NCBI GenBank assembly: GCA_965228855.1
Contig: CBDDIJ010000003.1
Location: 992,001-1,056,000 of the forward strand
Origin: Candidatus Obscuribacterales bacterium
GTDB lineage: Bacteria; Cyanobacteriota; Vampirovibrionia; Obscuribacterales; Obscuribacteraceae
Reading direction: 5' to 3'
Length of the DNA: 64,000 bases
The number at the start of each line of letters is the position of its first letter. Position 1 is the stretch's first letter. A program made the translations under genes and the position numbers. The notes beneath the pieces were generated by a model, which did no database searches, was not told where the DNA came from, and saw only the letters and a list, made by a program, of their open reading frames with translations. Shown here piece by piece: positions 50,589 to 59,670 of the stretch.

Positions 50589-51557
50589 CTAGCGTGATTT
50601 GTCCGAGAGTTCGTTCATCAACGGTTTGATGTCTTTCGGGAAATCCCATTTTCCGCCGCCGCTGTTACCGCCATCGAACGGGTCTTTCGGGCTCCACGGC
50701 TTGTTAGGTGGAAATTCCGGCATGGGCATCGGCTTGTTTGGGAAACCGGGTTTCCACGGATGTGGCTTGAAGATTGGCTCTTGCAGGCTTCTTGTAGCTT
50801 CGTCACCGAGATTCTTCATGACGTCATCCGGCTTGCGGTTGATTACTTCGCCCGGCTTGAGAAGGACGCTGCCGTCATCTTGACGCTCAACTGCACGTAG
50901 TGACGATTCACCGGTTTTAGGATCGAAGGAAACAGCAGTGTTTCCTTTTTCTCCGTAGACAAGAACGTTGCCTTTACCGTCCATCGACACTTCAACGCCA
51001 CCGAACATCTCGTTCTTGTTCAGGTTGTCGTTCAGTGCTTTGACGAACTTCTCTAGCTTTGCCGGATCTCCCGAGAGACCTTTCAAGGCTTCACCAAATT
51101 TTTTCGTGTCACCGTCGATGAGAGCGTTTTGAAGGTCGGTGATCGTTTTCTTGTCAGCTTCTGGAATGAGGTCGCTCAATTCTTTGCCAAGTTTGTCTTT
51201 GGCTTCAGCTCTATCTTCGGGCGTAACGTCAGCTCTCTTGCTGATGCCGATGCCGATAGCAATTGATCCGTCCTTGGTAAGCTCTTGAAGTTTTTCACCG
51301 ACGTTTCCTTTCGAGATTCCATCGAGGTGTTTGATAGCTTCGCCGCCGATTTCTGCTGCGTTGCCAGCGGAGTTTTTATCGAGAGAATTGACTCCAGTAT
51401 CACCGGTCGCAGATTTGGCAGCTTGCGACATGTTTTTCATTTCATTCATCGCGGCATCAGACAAACTTTGTCTTGCATCGCGGGCGGTATCATCTGTGCT
51501 GTGCGTAGCTTTTCCTACTACTTGTGCTTCAGCTTCTTGGGGGGCATTTTTAGACAT
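50589..51557 (-). CDS. Hypothetical protein, tandem paralog B
   Basis: GAGGAG RBS. Same conserved core as 49449-50381. Confidence 0.8.
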   Translation of the reverse strand: MSKNAPQEAEAQVVGKATHSTDDTARDARQSLSDAAMNEMKNMSQAAKSATGDTGVNSLDKNSAGNAAEIGGEAIKHLDGISKGNVGEKLQELTKDGSIAIGIGISKRADVTPEDRAEAKDKLGKELSDLIPEADKKTITDLQNALIDGDTKKFGEALKGLSGDPAKLEKFVKALNDNLNKNEMFGGVEVSMDGKGNVLVYGEKGNTAVSFDPKTGESSLRAVERQDDGSVLLKPGEVINRKPDDVMKNLGDEATRSLQEPIFKPHPWKPGFPNKPMPMPEFPPNKPWSPKDPFDGGNSGGGKWDFPKDIKPLMNELSDKSR

Positions 51558-51684
51558 TGTTGGGGTTCTCCTCAGCAAGTGCGTTCCTTCCGTGCATTAA
51601 CTATGCAATTTCCCGAGCTGATAACCAATGTGCGATAATGCAAATCGGCTTGCGCATTTACGCAAAGGACCGAAAGAGGGCAAT

Positions 51685-54582
51685 ATGTGGCGGTTTAGAA
51701 GGCTGGGAGTAGTTGGAATTTTGGCGTTCGGACTGGCATCAGCGGTTGGTGTTGCTCCGGCGCCAGGTACGGAACTGGATCGTACGCTTGCCCACGCCAG
51801 GCTTATCACAGGCGAGGACAGTCGCCATGCTGGCTTGAGTCCGTCGGAACCATCAACTACAGAGTCAAAATACGCGCCGAGTCGTATGGTTGATATACAA
51901 CATCTGGCGCTCGACATTACTCCGGACTTCGATAAACAAACCATTAAAGGAACTGCCGTCTTTTCCTTCAAACCCATTGGAAAACCTCTTAAGAAGTTCC
52001 GCCTGGATGCAGTTGATCTGTCGGTCCACGAACTCACATCCAGCGCCGAGGTCGCGGCATATGATGTGACCGACAAAGAGATCGTCATTTCATTTGTAGA
52101 CGATATTCCAGTTGGTACTGAAACCAAGCTGACGATCAAATACTCCGCTAAACCTCTATATGGTTTTTATTTCCGCACTCCTGCAAACGGTTATTCGTCT
52201 GAGGAATCGCATGCTTTTTCTCAAGGCGAAATGATTGAATCGCGTCACTGGTTCCCCTGTTTTGATCATCCTAACTCGAAGTTCACTTCTGAAATTACCT
52301 GTCATGTTCCGGAGGAGATGCTGGTTGCTTCCAACGGGAAAGAGGTATCTAGAAAGTCGGAGTCCAACGGTAATGTCGCCGTGCGCTGGTCGCAAGACAA
52401 GCCACATGTGAACTACTTGGTCACCCTGGTCACTGGAAAATTCTCAAAAATTGAAGATAAGTATCGAGATATTCCCCTCTCGTTTTACACGCTGAAATCA
52501 GATAACGCAGAGGCTCATGCCGCATTTGCTCCGACTAAAAGCGCAATGGAGTTTTTTGAAAAGGAAACTGGCGTAGACTATCCCTGGGCGCAATACGGTC
52601 AGGTTGTGATTCGCGATTACCATTATGGTGGCATGGAGAATACGACCATCTCCACGCTCGGAGAATCCGTTCTTTTCCCGCCTGAGAGTGAAAACGTCTA
52701 CTCATGGGGCGGTATGTTCAACTCCGATGGTGGTTACATGAGTGAAGCTCTGGTCACGCACGAATTGGCTCATCAATGGTTCGGAGATCTGGTGACGTGT
52801 AAAGATTGGAGCCATGCCTGGCTCAATGAGGGGTTCGCGACATACTACTCGATGCTTTTCGCCGCTCACACTCATGGCCACGACGACATGAAGTGGGCAT
52901 TGCTTCAAAACGCGGACATCGCTCTCAAGTGGAAAGACGATCGACCGATAGTATACCGTCGCTTCAAAGAGCCCGTCGAACAGTTTTCTCACAATCGTGC
53001 TTATTCGAAGGCATCATGGGTGGTGCATATGTTGCGCAGCGAGCTGGGTGATGAGCTTTTCAGGCGTTGTGTGAAAACATACTTCGACCGCTTTCAGTAT
53101 AAAACGGCAACTACCGAAGATCTAAATAGTGTCATTGAGGAGTTGTCCGGGCGATCCTTCGATCAGTTTTTCGACCAGTGGTTGTACAACGCAACCGTGC
53201 CAGAGGTCACCGCAAATTTTGAGTGGGACGAACAGGAAAAAATGGCAAAGGTCAGCATCAGTCAAACACAGAAGAGTGGAGAGCAACGACTGAAAATGCA
53301 GTTTCCTTTGACACTTGCCTTCAGGACAAAAAGCGGTGTTGTGGAACGCCGCGTTGAAATTAAGGATTTGGACGAGGATTTCTACGTGCCGCTGGCACAG
53401 GCACCGGATATAGTGCGCGTCGACCCAAATCTGACGTTGCTTGCCAAAATCAACTTTCGCGTTCCCACCCATATGCTCTACGCGCAGCTGGAAGAGAAAG
53501 ACGATGCAGTCGGCAGGATACTTGCAGCCGAGCAACTAGGCGAGAAACAAGATGAAACGTCGGTAGCCAAACTGAAGACCGCATTGAACAATGACCAGTT
53601 CTATGGAGTCAGGATAAAAGCTGCCGAGGCTCTTAGTAAAATCCATTCGGATGAAGCCCTGGATGCGCTTTACAGCTCCCTGAGTCAGAGCGATGCACGC
53701 GCGCGCCTGGCCGTGGTCAAAGCAATCGGTGCATTTTTCAACGAACGTGCCATGAGCGCACTCGTTCACCACATCGATGCTGAGAAGAATCCTGCGATAA
53801 TCGGCGCCGCACTCTCTGGATTAAGTGCTTATGCCAATCCACAGGTACACGACATTTTGGTTAACTATCTCGGGAGCAGTTCATACCAGAATCGGTTAAG
53901 CGTGGCTGCGATACGCGCAATCAAAAATCAGGGCGGCGTATCGTTCATACCGCCACTCAAGGAGATTATCAAACGGCGCTCTTCCGAGTTCCTCCCTTCC
54001 ACTCTTGCAGAAGGACTTGATGCACTTGCGGTTCTGGCAAGGGACGAAAAACAGAAGGAAGAAGACAGAATCTTTTTTACAAGCTTTCTTGATGACAAAC
54101 GCACTCGCGTTCAATGTGGAGCGATCCAGGCTCTTGGAACGCTCGGTGACCCCAAAGCTCTTCCAGTTTTGGAGCCGCTTTCATCGTCCTCCAAGATGAA
54201 TCCTCAGCAAGCCGATGCCGAGCGCGCCGTCGCAGTGATTCGCCAGTGGAATAGACCACACGACAATATCAACGATCTGCGCAATCAAGTTTTGGACCTG
54301 CAAAAGACGCAGAATCAGTTGAAAAAGGAACTTACGGACCTTCGCAAGAGGTTCAAAGTCAATGATGAGCGCAAGGCGAGCCGTGATACCGCAGACGGTG
54401 CAAAGGCTGAGCAAAGGGGAAAGCAGACCAAACTATCCGGGACGGAAGCAAAATCGGGTGGGAGCAGATCTCAAAGCCTGGAAGACAGATCGAAACCATT
54501 TCGATCGACGACTGGACCCTCTGTAACTCAGCCGAACGCACCCCGAACACAGGCGAAATTGAAGCCTACTTCAACGCACTAG
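51685..54582 (+). CDS. pepN: M1 family aminopeptidase with HEAT repeats and coiled-coil tail
   Basis: WFPCFD, GGMEN, HELAHQWFG..WLNEG and HEAT-like C-terminus. Signal-peptide-like N-terminus. Confidence 0.92.
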   Translation: MWRFRRLGVVGILAFGLASAVGVAPAPGTELDRTLAHARLITGEDSRHAGLSPSEPSTTESKYAPSRMVDIQHLALDITPDFDKQTIKGTAVFSFKPIGKPLKKFRLDAVDLSVHELTSSAEVAAYDVTDKEIVISFVDDIPVGTETKLTIKYSAKPLYGFYFRTPANGYSSEESHAFSQGEMIESRHWFPCFDHPNSKFTSEITCHVPEEMLVASNGKEVSRKSESNGNVAVRWSQDKPHVNYLVTLVTGKFSKIEDKYRDIPLSFYTLKSDNAEAHAAFAPTKSAMEFFEKETGVDYPWAQYGQVVIRDYHYGGMENTTISTLGESVLFPPESENVYSWGGMFNSDGGYMSEALVTHELAHQWFGDLVTCKDWSHAWLNEGFATYYSMLFAAHTHGHDDMKWALLQNADIALKWKDDRPIVYRRFKEPVEQFSHNRAYSKASWVVHMLRSELGDELFRRCVKTYFDRFQYKTATTEDLNSVIEELSGRSFDQFFDQWLYNATVPEVTANFEWDEQEKMAKVSISQTQKSGEQRLKMQFPLTLAFRTKSGVVERRVEIKDLDEDFYVPLAQAPDIVRVDPNLTLLAKINFRVPTHMLYAQLEEKDDAVGRILAAEQLGEKQDETSVAKLKTALNNDQFYGVRIKAAEALSKIHSDEALDALYSSLSQSDARARLAVVKAIGAFFNERAMSALVHHIDAEKNPAIIGAALSGLSAYANPQVHDILVNYLGSSSYQNRLSVAAIRAIKNQGGVSFIPPLKEIIKRRSSEFLPSTLAEGLDALAVLARDEKQKEEDRIFFTSFLDDKRTRVQCGAIQALGTLGDPKALPVLEPLSSSSKMNPQQADAERAVAVIRQWNRPHDNINDLRNQVLDLQKTQNQLKKELTDLRKRFKVNDERKASRDTADGAKAEQRGKQTKLSGTEAKSGGSRSQSLEDRSKPFRSTTGPSVTQPNAPRTQAKLKPTSTH

Positions 54583-54706
54583 TCAGAATATTCGAGAGAT
54601 AGTTTGCCGCAAAGATCAACACAGTGCATCCTAAAATCGCAAACAACAATGTGAAGCCGAGCACCCGTTTTAAATGTTCTTGCTTCTGATCTTCGAGATA
54701 ACTCAC
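54566..54706 (-). CDS. Small single-pass membrane protein (46 aa, not in ORF track)
   Basis: GGAG RBS then GTG. Translates to MSYLEDQKQEHLKRVLGFTLLFAILGCTVLIFAANYLSNILTSALK. Confidence 0.6.
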   Translation of the reverse strand: MSYLEDQKQEHLKRVLGFTLLFAILGCTVLIFAANYLSNILTSALK

Positions 54707-54774
54707 GCCGCTTCTCCAAAGGCCTACAAGACAATCTTATCAGGAGAAACTGACGACCAACATTCAGTCCTGGC

Positions 54775-54808
54775 CAAAACAAAAGCCGGACATTGCTGCC
54801 CGGCTTCG
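54775..54808 (-). terminator. Intrinsic terminator after the DUF4384 operon
   Basis: Minus strand reads AAGCCGGG-cagcaatg-TCCGGCTT-TTGTTTT. Confidence 0.75.
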
Positions 54809-54836
54809 ATGGTTGTGCGTTCTACAAGAGAGAAAC

Positions 54837-56051
54837 TTACTTGGTTTTCCGAACTCCGTCGATCACCAGCGAAAGTTCAATCTTATTGGCGGCGCCTCCC
54901 TGCGCCTGACTCTGCTCTTCGTAGCTCGCCAGTTGAACCTCTTCTACCTCATTTTTCTTCGCAGAAACCGAGACTTTTCGACCGAAGAAGGCCTGAGAGT
55001 TGTTGACCAGCTCGCGATACTTTTCTGGTGTCATTTCTGCTGCGCGAAACGGACTGGACGGTACGGGTGCCATGGCCACAGAAATCGGCGAATTGTCGCT
55101 TTCTATTGGATAGGCGTATACAAAGATTTTCTCGTTGGATGGCTTCGAAGTGGGGTTAGAGGCCGTAAAGTCAAATTTAAACCCCTCGCCGCCAACCTCG
55201 ATGGTCTGTCCCGCCTTTACGAGCGGACTTGCCTGATATTCATTGGGAAATAGCTGGGTAAGCTGTTCGCCGTCGTAGTTGAAGATCATCAAGTTGCAGT
55301 CTTTGTTCGCCGCGACATTTACCTGGAGTTTCTCTCCGTTGGAGTAATGAGGCTTATTTCCAGACTTGTTGAGCCAGGCTGTGACAATCTGATCGCCGGA
55401 AACGGAAGGCGCGACGATGATGCTTTTATGAGATTTGGTCGCGATAGTCTCGCTGTGCTTCGGTGTCACCTTGGCGGTTTCATTGTGTGTTTTCACTTTC
55501 AGTGGCTCGGGACTGGATTTGATCACAACAGGAGTTGTCGCGACCGGTGTCTTTGTGGTTTTCACCACCGCCTGCTTCTTCTCAGAGGTCGGTGACTTCG
55601 CGGCCTTGGTTTGAACACTCGTCTTGGAGGGCGGCTTGATCAACAGACTATGATCCGGCTGCTCCTTCGGTTTTTCCTTCTTCGTGTCTATTACGAGACC
55701 GCGCGTAAACGTCTGGTTGCCGGCGGTGCTGACCCTTTTAATCGTGCCAACCGGTTTGCCTTTGATTTCTGCAGTAGTTGCTTTCGCGGCAGGTTTGGCG
55801 GGCTTGCCGATCTCGGTGATGATAATGCCGCGATCCTGCCCGATCTTCTTTGTGTCCTCTGCTGAAGGCTCTTCTGGTTCCTTCGCCACCTCAGATGTCT
55901 GGGCTGGCTCGTCCTTCGCTACATCCTTAACGACGGTTGCCGCAGGAGTTGCTGCTGCGGTCTCAGTATCCGCTGCCAACGATGGAGTCGCTACACACGA
56001 TGCGATCAACAGCGTTGTTGAAAGCATAAGGTTTGCCCCTTTCGTGTTCAT
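54837..56051 (-). CDS. Secreted protein with K/T/P-rich linker and C-terminal DUF4384-like domain
   Basis: Signal peptide. Y..GEKLQVNVAANKDCNLMIFN......QLFPN matches the DUF4384 pattern. Confidence 0.78.
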   Translation of the reverse strand: MNTKGANLMLSTTLLIASCVATPSLAADTETAAATPAATVVKDVAKDEPAQTSEVAKEPEEPSAEDTKKIGQDRGIIITEIGKPAKPAAKATTAEIKGKPVGTIKRVSTAGNQTFTRGLVIDTKKEKPKEQPDHSLLIKPPSKTSVQTKAAKSPTSEKKQAVVKTTKTPVATTPVVIKSSPEPLKVKTHNETAKVTPKHSETIATKSHKSIIVAPSVSGDQIVTAWLNKSGNKPHYSNGEKLQVNVAANKDCNLMIFNYDGEQLTQLFPNEYQASPLVKAGQTIEVGGEGFKFDFTASNPTSKPSNEKIFVYAYPIESDNSPISVAMAPVPSSPFRAAEMTPEKYRELVNNSQAFFGRKVSVSAKKNEVEEVQLASYEEQSQAQGGAANKIELSLVIDGVRKTK

Positions 56052-56160
56052 GGTAAATCGCCTCTTGCTGTGAATCATCTGACCTGAAACGCCCTATGTG
56101 AATAGATACGGGGCGCCTGAAAATTTTAGGGAGGGATACCGGATTTATTTTTTGCTCAAA

Positions 56161-57408
56161 CTAGCTTTCTGGAGCGGAAACTGGAGCCTTGATCTCCTGA
56201 TGGAGAATTTGAGCAGGGTTCTGTTCTTTTAGTTTAGCTATTCTTTCCAATAAAACCTTAGGTCCGAACGGCAAAACATAAGTATTTTCATCCGGCTTCT
56301 CATTGTCCTTGACCGGTGGGCTCTCAGTATTGAGCGCGACTATGTGAAAAACTCCACCCTCTTGAGGGTCTACTTGAATGGGGTTCTTGCCGTAACTGTC
56401 GATCACGATATGCTGACCGCTACGTGCGCCACCGTGCTCGGTGCGCATCAAAGGCGGCGGATACAGCTGCAGCGCCAGAGTATTATCAACATAATAGACG
56501 TATATAAAACAATTGACCTTTGGTGTGAGCGTCATTGAGAGTTCCTGGTGGAACTTGTATTTGTCGGTCGGATTGTCGAAAGCCACGTCAACCAGAAACT
56601 CGGGCTTCTGGGTAACGGCCCACTGGTCCTTATATTGATAGGCGAAGATGCCCAGGGTCAGGAAACCGCATGTGATAAACGCGATAATTGCTGGAACCAG
56701 AGAGCCCAGACCAGGCGTGTGAGTCTCAGCCGTTTCCGCTACGCCCAGAGCCATCAGCGCATCAACCGAAAGCGCCATTCGAATCGATGTCGTCGGAAGG
56801 TTCAATCCGGGTAGGGTTGCGGTGTCTCCGCAATGTATCGCTACGACGGATTCGCCGTCGAACAAAGCCGTGCCGGAGTCTCCGGGCGCAAGGGCCAGAT
56901 CGTGCAGAAGATGAAAACGGTCGTTCCGTTTAAGCGGACCCAGATAACTGCCTATCTGAGCAAGCGGAGATAGGGATGTCGTGTAGACACCCAGATGCGA
57001 CGGATAACGAATTGCCGACAAGGTCGCATGTGTATCGACTTCTTTGTCGTAAAGAACAGGCAGAGTGCGAGTGGTGGACTCCGGTTCAATCAGGTCGATG
57101 GTGAGCGCAGCCACATCGAACTTGACCAGGTCGCCTTCGTGTCTTTGAAAACTTGGATGAAGCTTAATGTCTTTTATTACATACCGGTTGCCCGAAGCCG
57201 GAAATTTTACGGTTAAGGCACCGGGAGAGCGCACGAATTGGTCAACCACGTGACCGCAGGTGATGAGCGTATTCGGGGCCGCAATCCATGCTTGACCCAA
57301 AACCTCGTCCTTGTCGCCCTTTGCCAGTACTATGTGCGCCAGCGCTCCGCCGAAGATGTCGGGGTCGCGCGGGAGGCGGCGAAGTTTATTATTAGTCTGT
57401 TGCGGCAC
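56161..57408 (-). CDS. Trypsin-like serine protease - TM - DUF4384-like domain
   Basis: ITCGHVV (His), FDVAAL (Asp), GDSG (Ser), TM LVPAIIAFITCGFLTLGIFAY, then Y...ELSM......CFIYVYYVD....QLYP. Confidence 0.8.
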   Translation of the reverse strand: MPQQTNNKLRRLPRDPDIFGGALAHIVLAKGDKDEVLGQAWIAAPNTLITCGHVVDQFVRSPGALTVKFPASGNRYVIKDIKLHPSFQRHEGDLVKFDVAALTIDLIEPESTTRTLPVLYDKEVDTHATLSAIRYPSHLGVYTTSLSPLAQIGSYLGPLKRNDRFHLLHDLALAPGDSGTALFDGESVVAIHCGDTATLPGLNLPTTSIRMALSVDALMALGVAETAETHTPGLGSLVPAIIAFITCGFLTLGIFAYQYKDQWAVTQKPEFLVDVAFDNPTDKYKFHQELSMTLTPKVNCFIYVYYVDNTLALQLYPPPLMRTEHGGARSGQHIVIDSYGKNPIQVDPQEGGVFHIVALNTESPPVKDNEKPDENTYVLPFGPKVLLERIAKLKEQNPAQILHQEIKAPVSAPES

Positions 57409-57422
57409 TTGATTTCCTTTCT

Positions 57423-57986
57423 ATGACTCAAATGCTTGATGATCATTTACCATGTTATCGCAGCCCTCGAGTGTCCAAAATTGCAGCCTATAAAAAGATA
57501 CGGTTTCTGCTAAATTCACAGAAGATGGAAAAGGAAACCGAAAAAACAGTATCAGAGAAAAAAAAGCGGAAAGGAAACATCCTTTTCCTCATGGCTTCCT
57601 ATGTGTGGTTGCCTGTTTCGTTCATCTTGCCGTTCTTATTCACTCACCATATGGCATCTCAGAATTATGTTGCTGATATGCCCGGCCGCAGTAAGTTTAC
57701 ACAAAGTCCGGCTCAATGGCGAGTGGACGAGGCCCGTTCCGAAGCCCTTCGCTCGGGCGTTCTCGGTATGGTCGTCGCTCTCACAATCCTGTTTTTATGG
57801 CGACTGGACAAGGTTATCGTCAAGGACCGCCGTGAGTTGAACAATACCTGGATGGTTGTAGTGCTCGGGTGTTTTGCCGTACTCCTCTGGACTGTCTGGA
57901 CTTGTGCAGGACATCTGGTCCTGCGAGCCTCTGATGAGATCAACTCGGCGCCTGCGCAGCTTCCCGGGTTGGACAGCGGCAATTAA
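57423..57986 (+). CDS. Hypothetical 3-TM membrane protein
   Basis: Three hydrophobic helices. Start probably the ATG near 57525. Confidence 0.6.
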   Translation: MTQMLDDHLPCYRSPRVSKIAAYKKIRFLLNSQKMEKETEKTVSEKKKRKGNILFLMASYVWLPVSFILPFLFTHHMASQNYVADMPGRSKFTQSPAQWRVDEARSEALRSGVLGMVVALTILFLWRLDKVIVKDRRELNNTWMVVVLGCFAVLLWTVWTCAGHLVLRASDEINSAPAQLPGLDSGN

Positions 57987-57995
57987 CATTTTTTT

Positions 57996-58015
57996 CTAAA
58001 CCGATATCGGTTTAG
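57996..58015. repeat. Dispersed palindrome copy 6 (perfect 20 bp CTAAACCGAT|ATCGGTTTAG)
   Basis: About 10 bp after the stop at 57986. Confidence 0.95.
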
Positions 58016-58129
58016 GATCTGATAGTTGATTGAAAGCGGAAGATGTTTGAGGGATGTGACTATTAGCCCTCAAATCATTAATGTTGGCACCGAAATCCGA
58101 TATTATTAGTGACCAATCCCAGCCTTTAG

Positions 58130-59596
58130 ATGTCAGTGCTTTCTAGTAAAACCAAGCTCGAGGAAATTCTCGCTGTTGCTCCTGAGTGGCAGACGACTCT
58201 GGATAGGCTGTCCGGCGAGGCTGTTGCAGCCGGCAAGGATAAAAATATTGCGCCTGTTGAGCTCTTTCAGGGCGTTGGCGCCAAGGCCATTTACTCGAAG
58301 CTCTTGACGCTGGGTCCTGGAACCGACAAATTCGTTGGTTTGGTCAAGGATTGCTACTATCAGCCGCTGTTCGCCAGAATGCTGGAGTGTAATCAAAATC
58401 TGCGTCGCTTCTGGTTTCAGCGCCGTGTGGCTCCCAGCGATCAAAAACACGAAGCTATTTCGATGTCGGTGGAACTGGCTCAGAAACTGGAACAAGCGTT
58501 GTTGAAACAGCTGAAGCTTGGGCAGGATGATGGCTTCAAAGTCTTGCTACCTGCTTACGCCCAACGTTCCGTTCACAACGCAGTTGTCGACCACGTCCGC
58601 AACGAGTGGCAGTGGGAGAAAGACACTCTGCAGGACGTCAATCTCGACCCCGAGCAGATCGATCCGCGCGCCAACGTTGCTGAGGACCCGAAATACTCTC
58701 CGGAGAATCAAGCCCTATCCGGAGAGCAAGTTGGACAGCTTAATCAGCTTCGTCAGAGACTTTCGACGATGTTGAACGACAGGCGATTTGCTCAAGAACC
58801 GCTTGTTGTGGTCGATTGTATGTTCGGAATGGGACTGACCGAGCATTCGAAAGTGGGAACCGAGATGACCATGCGCGAAACCTGCGATGTCCTTGAAATC
58901 AAAGGTGAGACGCAGGCGCGAAAAATCGCTCGCTGTCAGGTTCTTCTCGACAAGGGTCTTGATATGATCCGAGACATGATTCGCCTCGATATGCCTGGAG
59001 TTGCGCAATCCTGGCAGGCTGACATAAACGTTAATTCGGCATCGCGCCGTGAACTCAATCATCATCTTGGTCTGACCGAAGGCGAAGTCGATAGGCTCAT
59101 TGCCGGGCGGCAGTACTACAGCATGGACGAGATGGTCGACCGTCGCGTTCTTCAAGCTCACCGTCTGGGCGAAATCGCCGAAAAGGGTGCTGTGGCAGCG
59201 TTTGTGCCGGTGGACCTCAATGCGGCGACCAGGCGCGACCTCGTGGACATCCTCGGCTGCGACAAGGATGTGGCAAAGAAGCTGGTCGATCTGCGACCGT
59301 TTTGCAGTATGAACGATATCGTCGAGCAAAAGCTGCTCGATAAAAAGGACCTTGAGAAGCTTGTAAACAATGGCGCCGTGCTGAAAGCTGTTGCAAAGGA
59401 AGGCGACCGTTTAAACCTTAATAATGCGGACCAAACCCAACTGAGCGCCCTGGGCTTGACTCAGGACGTTACGGCGCGCTTCCTCAGAGCCCGTCCATTC
59501 CTGACCTGGCACGAGTTAGAGGATTTTCTCTGCATTGATCCGGAGACCTTCCGATCTATCCGGGAAAAATCTTGTTTAACAATTTCGCCGCACTAA
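58130..59596 (+). CDS. Sigma-70-like protein fused to three ComEA-type helix-hairpin-helix domains
   Basis: AYAQRSVHNAVVDHVR (region 2-like), MFGMG...EMTMRETCDVL (region 4-like), INVNSAS/VDLNAAT/LNLNNAD HhH repeats. Confidence 0.7.
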   Translation: MSVLSSKTKLEEILAVAPEWQTTLDRLSGEAVAAGKDKNIAPVELFQGVGAKAIYSKLLTLGPGTDKFVGLVKDCYYQPLFARMLECNQNLRRFWFQRRVAPSDQKHEAISMSVELAQKLEQALLKQLKLGQDDGFKVLLPAYAQRSVHNAVVDHVRNEWQWEKDTLQDVNLDPEQIDPRANVAEDPKYSPENQALSGEQVGQLNQLRQRLSTMLNDRRFAQEPLVVVDCMFGMGLTEHSKVGTEMTMRETCDVLEIKGETQARKIARCQVLLDKGLDMIRDMIRLDMPGVAQSWQADINVNSASRRELNHHLGLTEGEVDRLIAGRQYYSMDEMVDRRVLQAHRLGEIAEKGAVAAFVPVDLNAATRRDLVDILGCDKDVAKKLVDLRPFCSMNDIVEQKLLDKKDLEKLVNNGAVLKAVAKEGDRLNLNNADQTQLSALGLTQDVTARFLRARPFLTWHELEDFLCIDPETFRSIREKSCLTISPH

Positions 59597-59670
59597 TTTT
59601 CCAGACTATTCAGTAGACAGTCATTGTAAAACGACTGGAAAGCCCACCGGCATTAGAAAAGGTGAGAGTC

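Noticed and set aside
1359..58015. Palindromes as a CRISPR array or integron attC sites
   Set aside because: Copies are kilobases apart, with no spacer periodicity, cas genes, integrase or RYYYAAC/GTTRRRY ends
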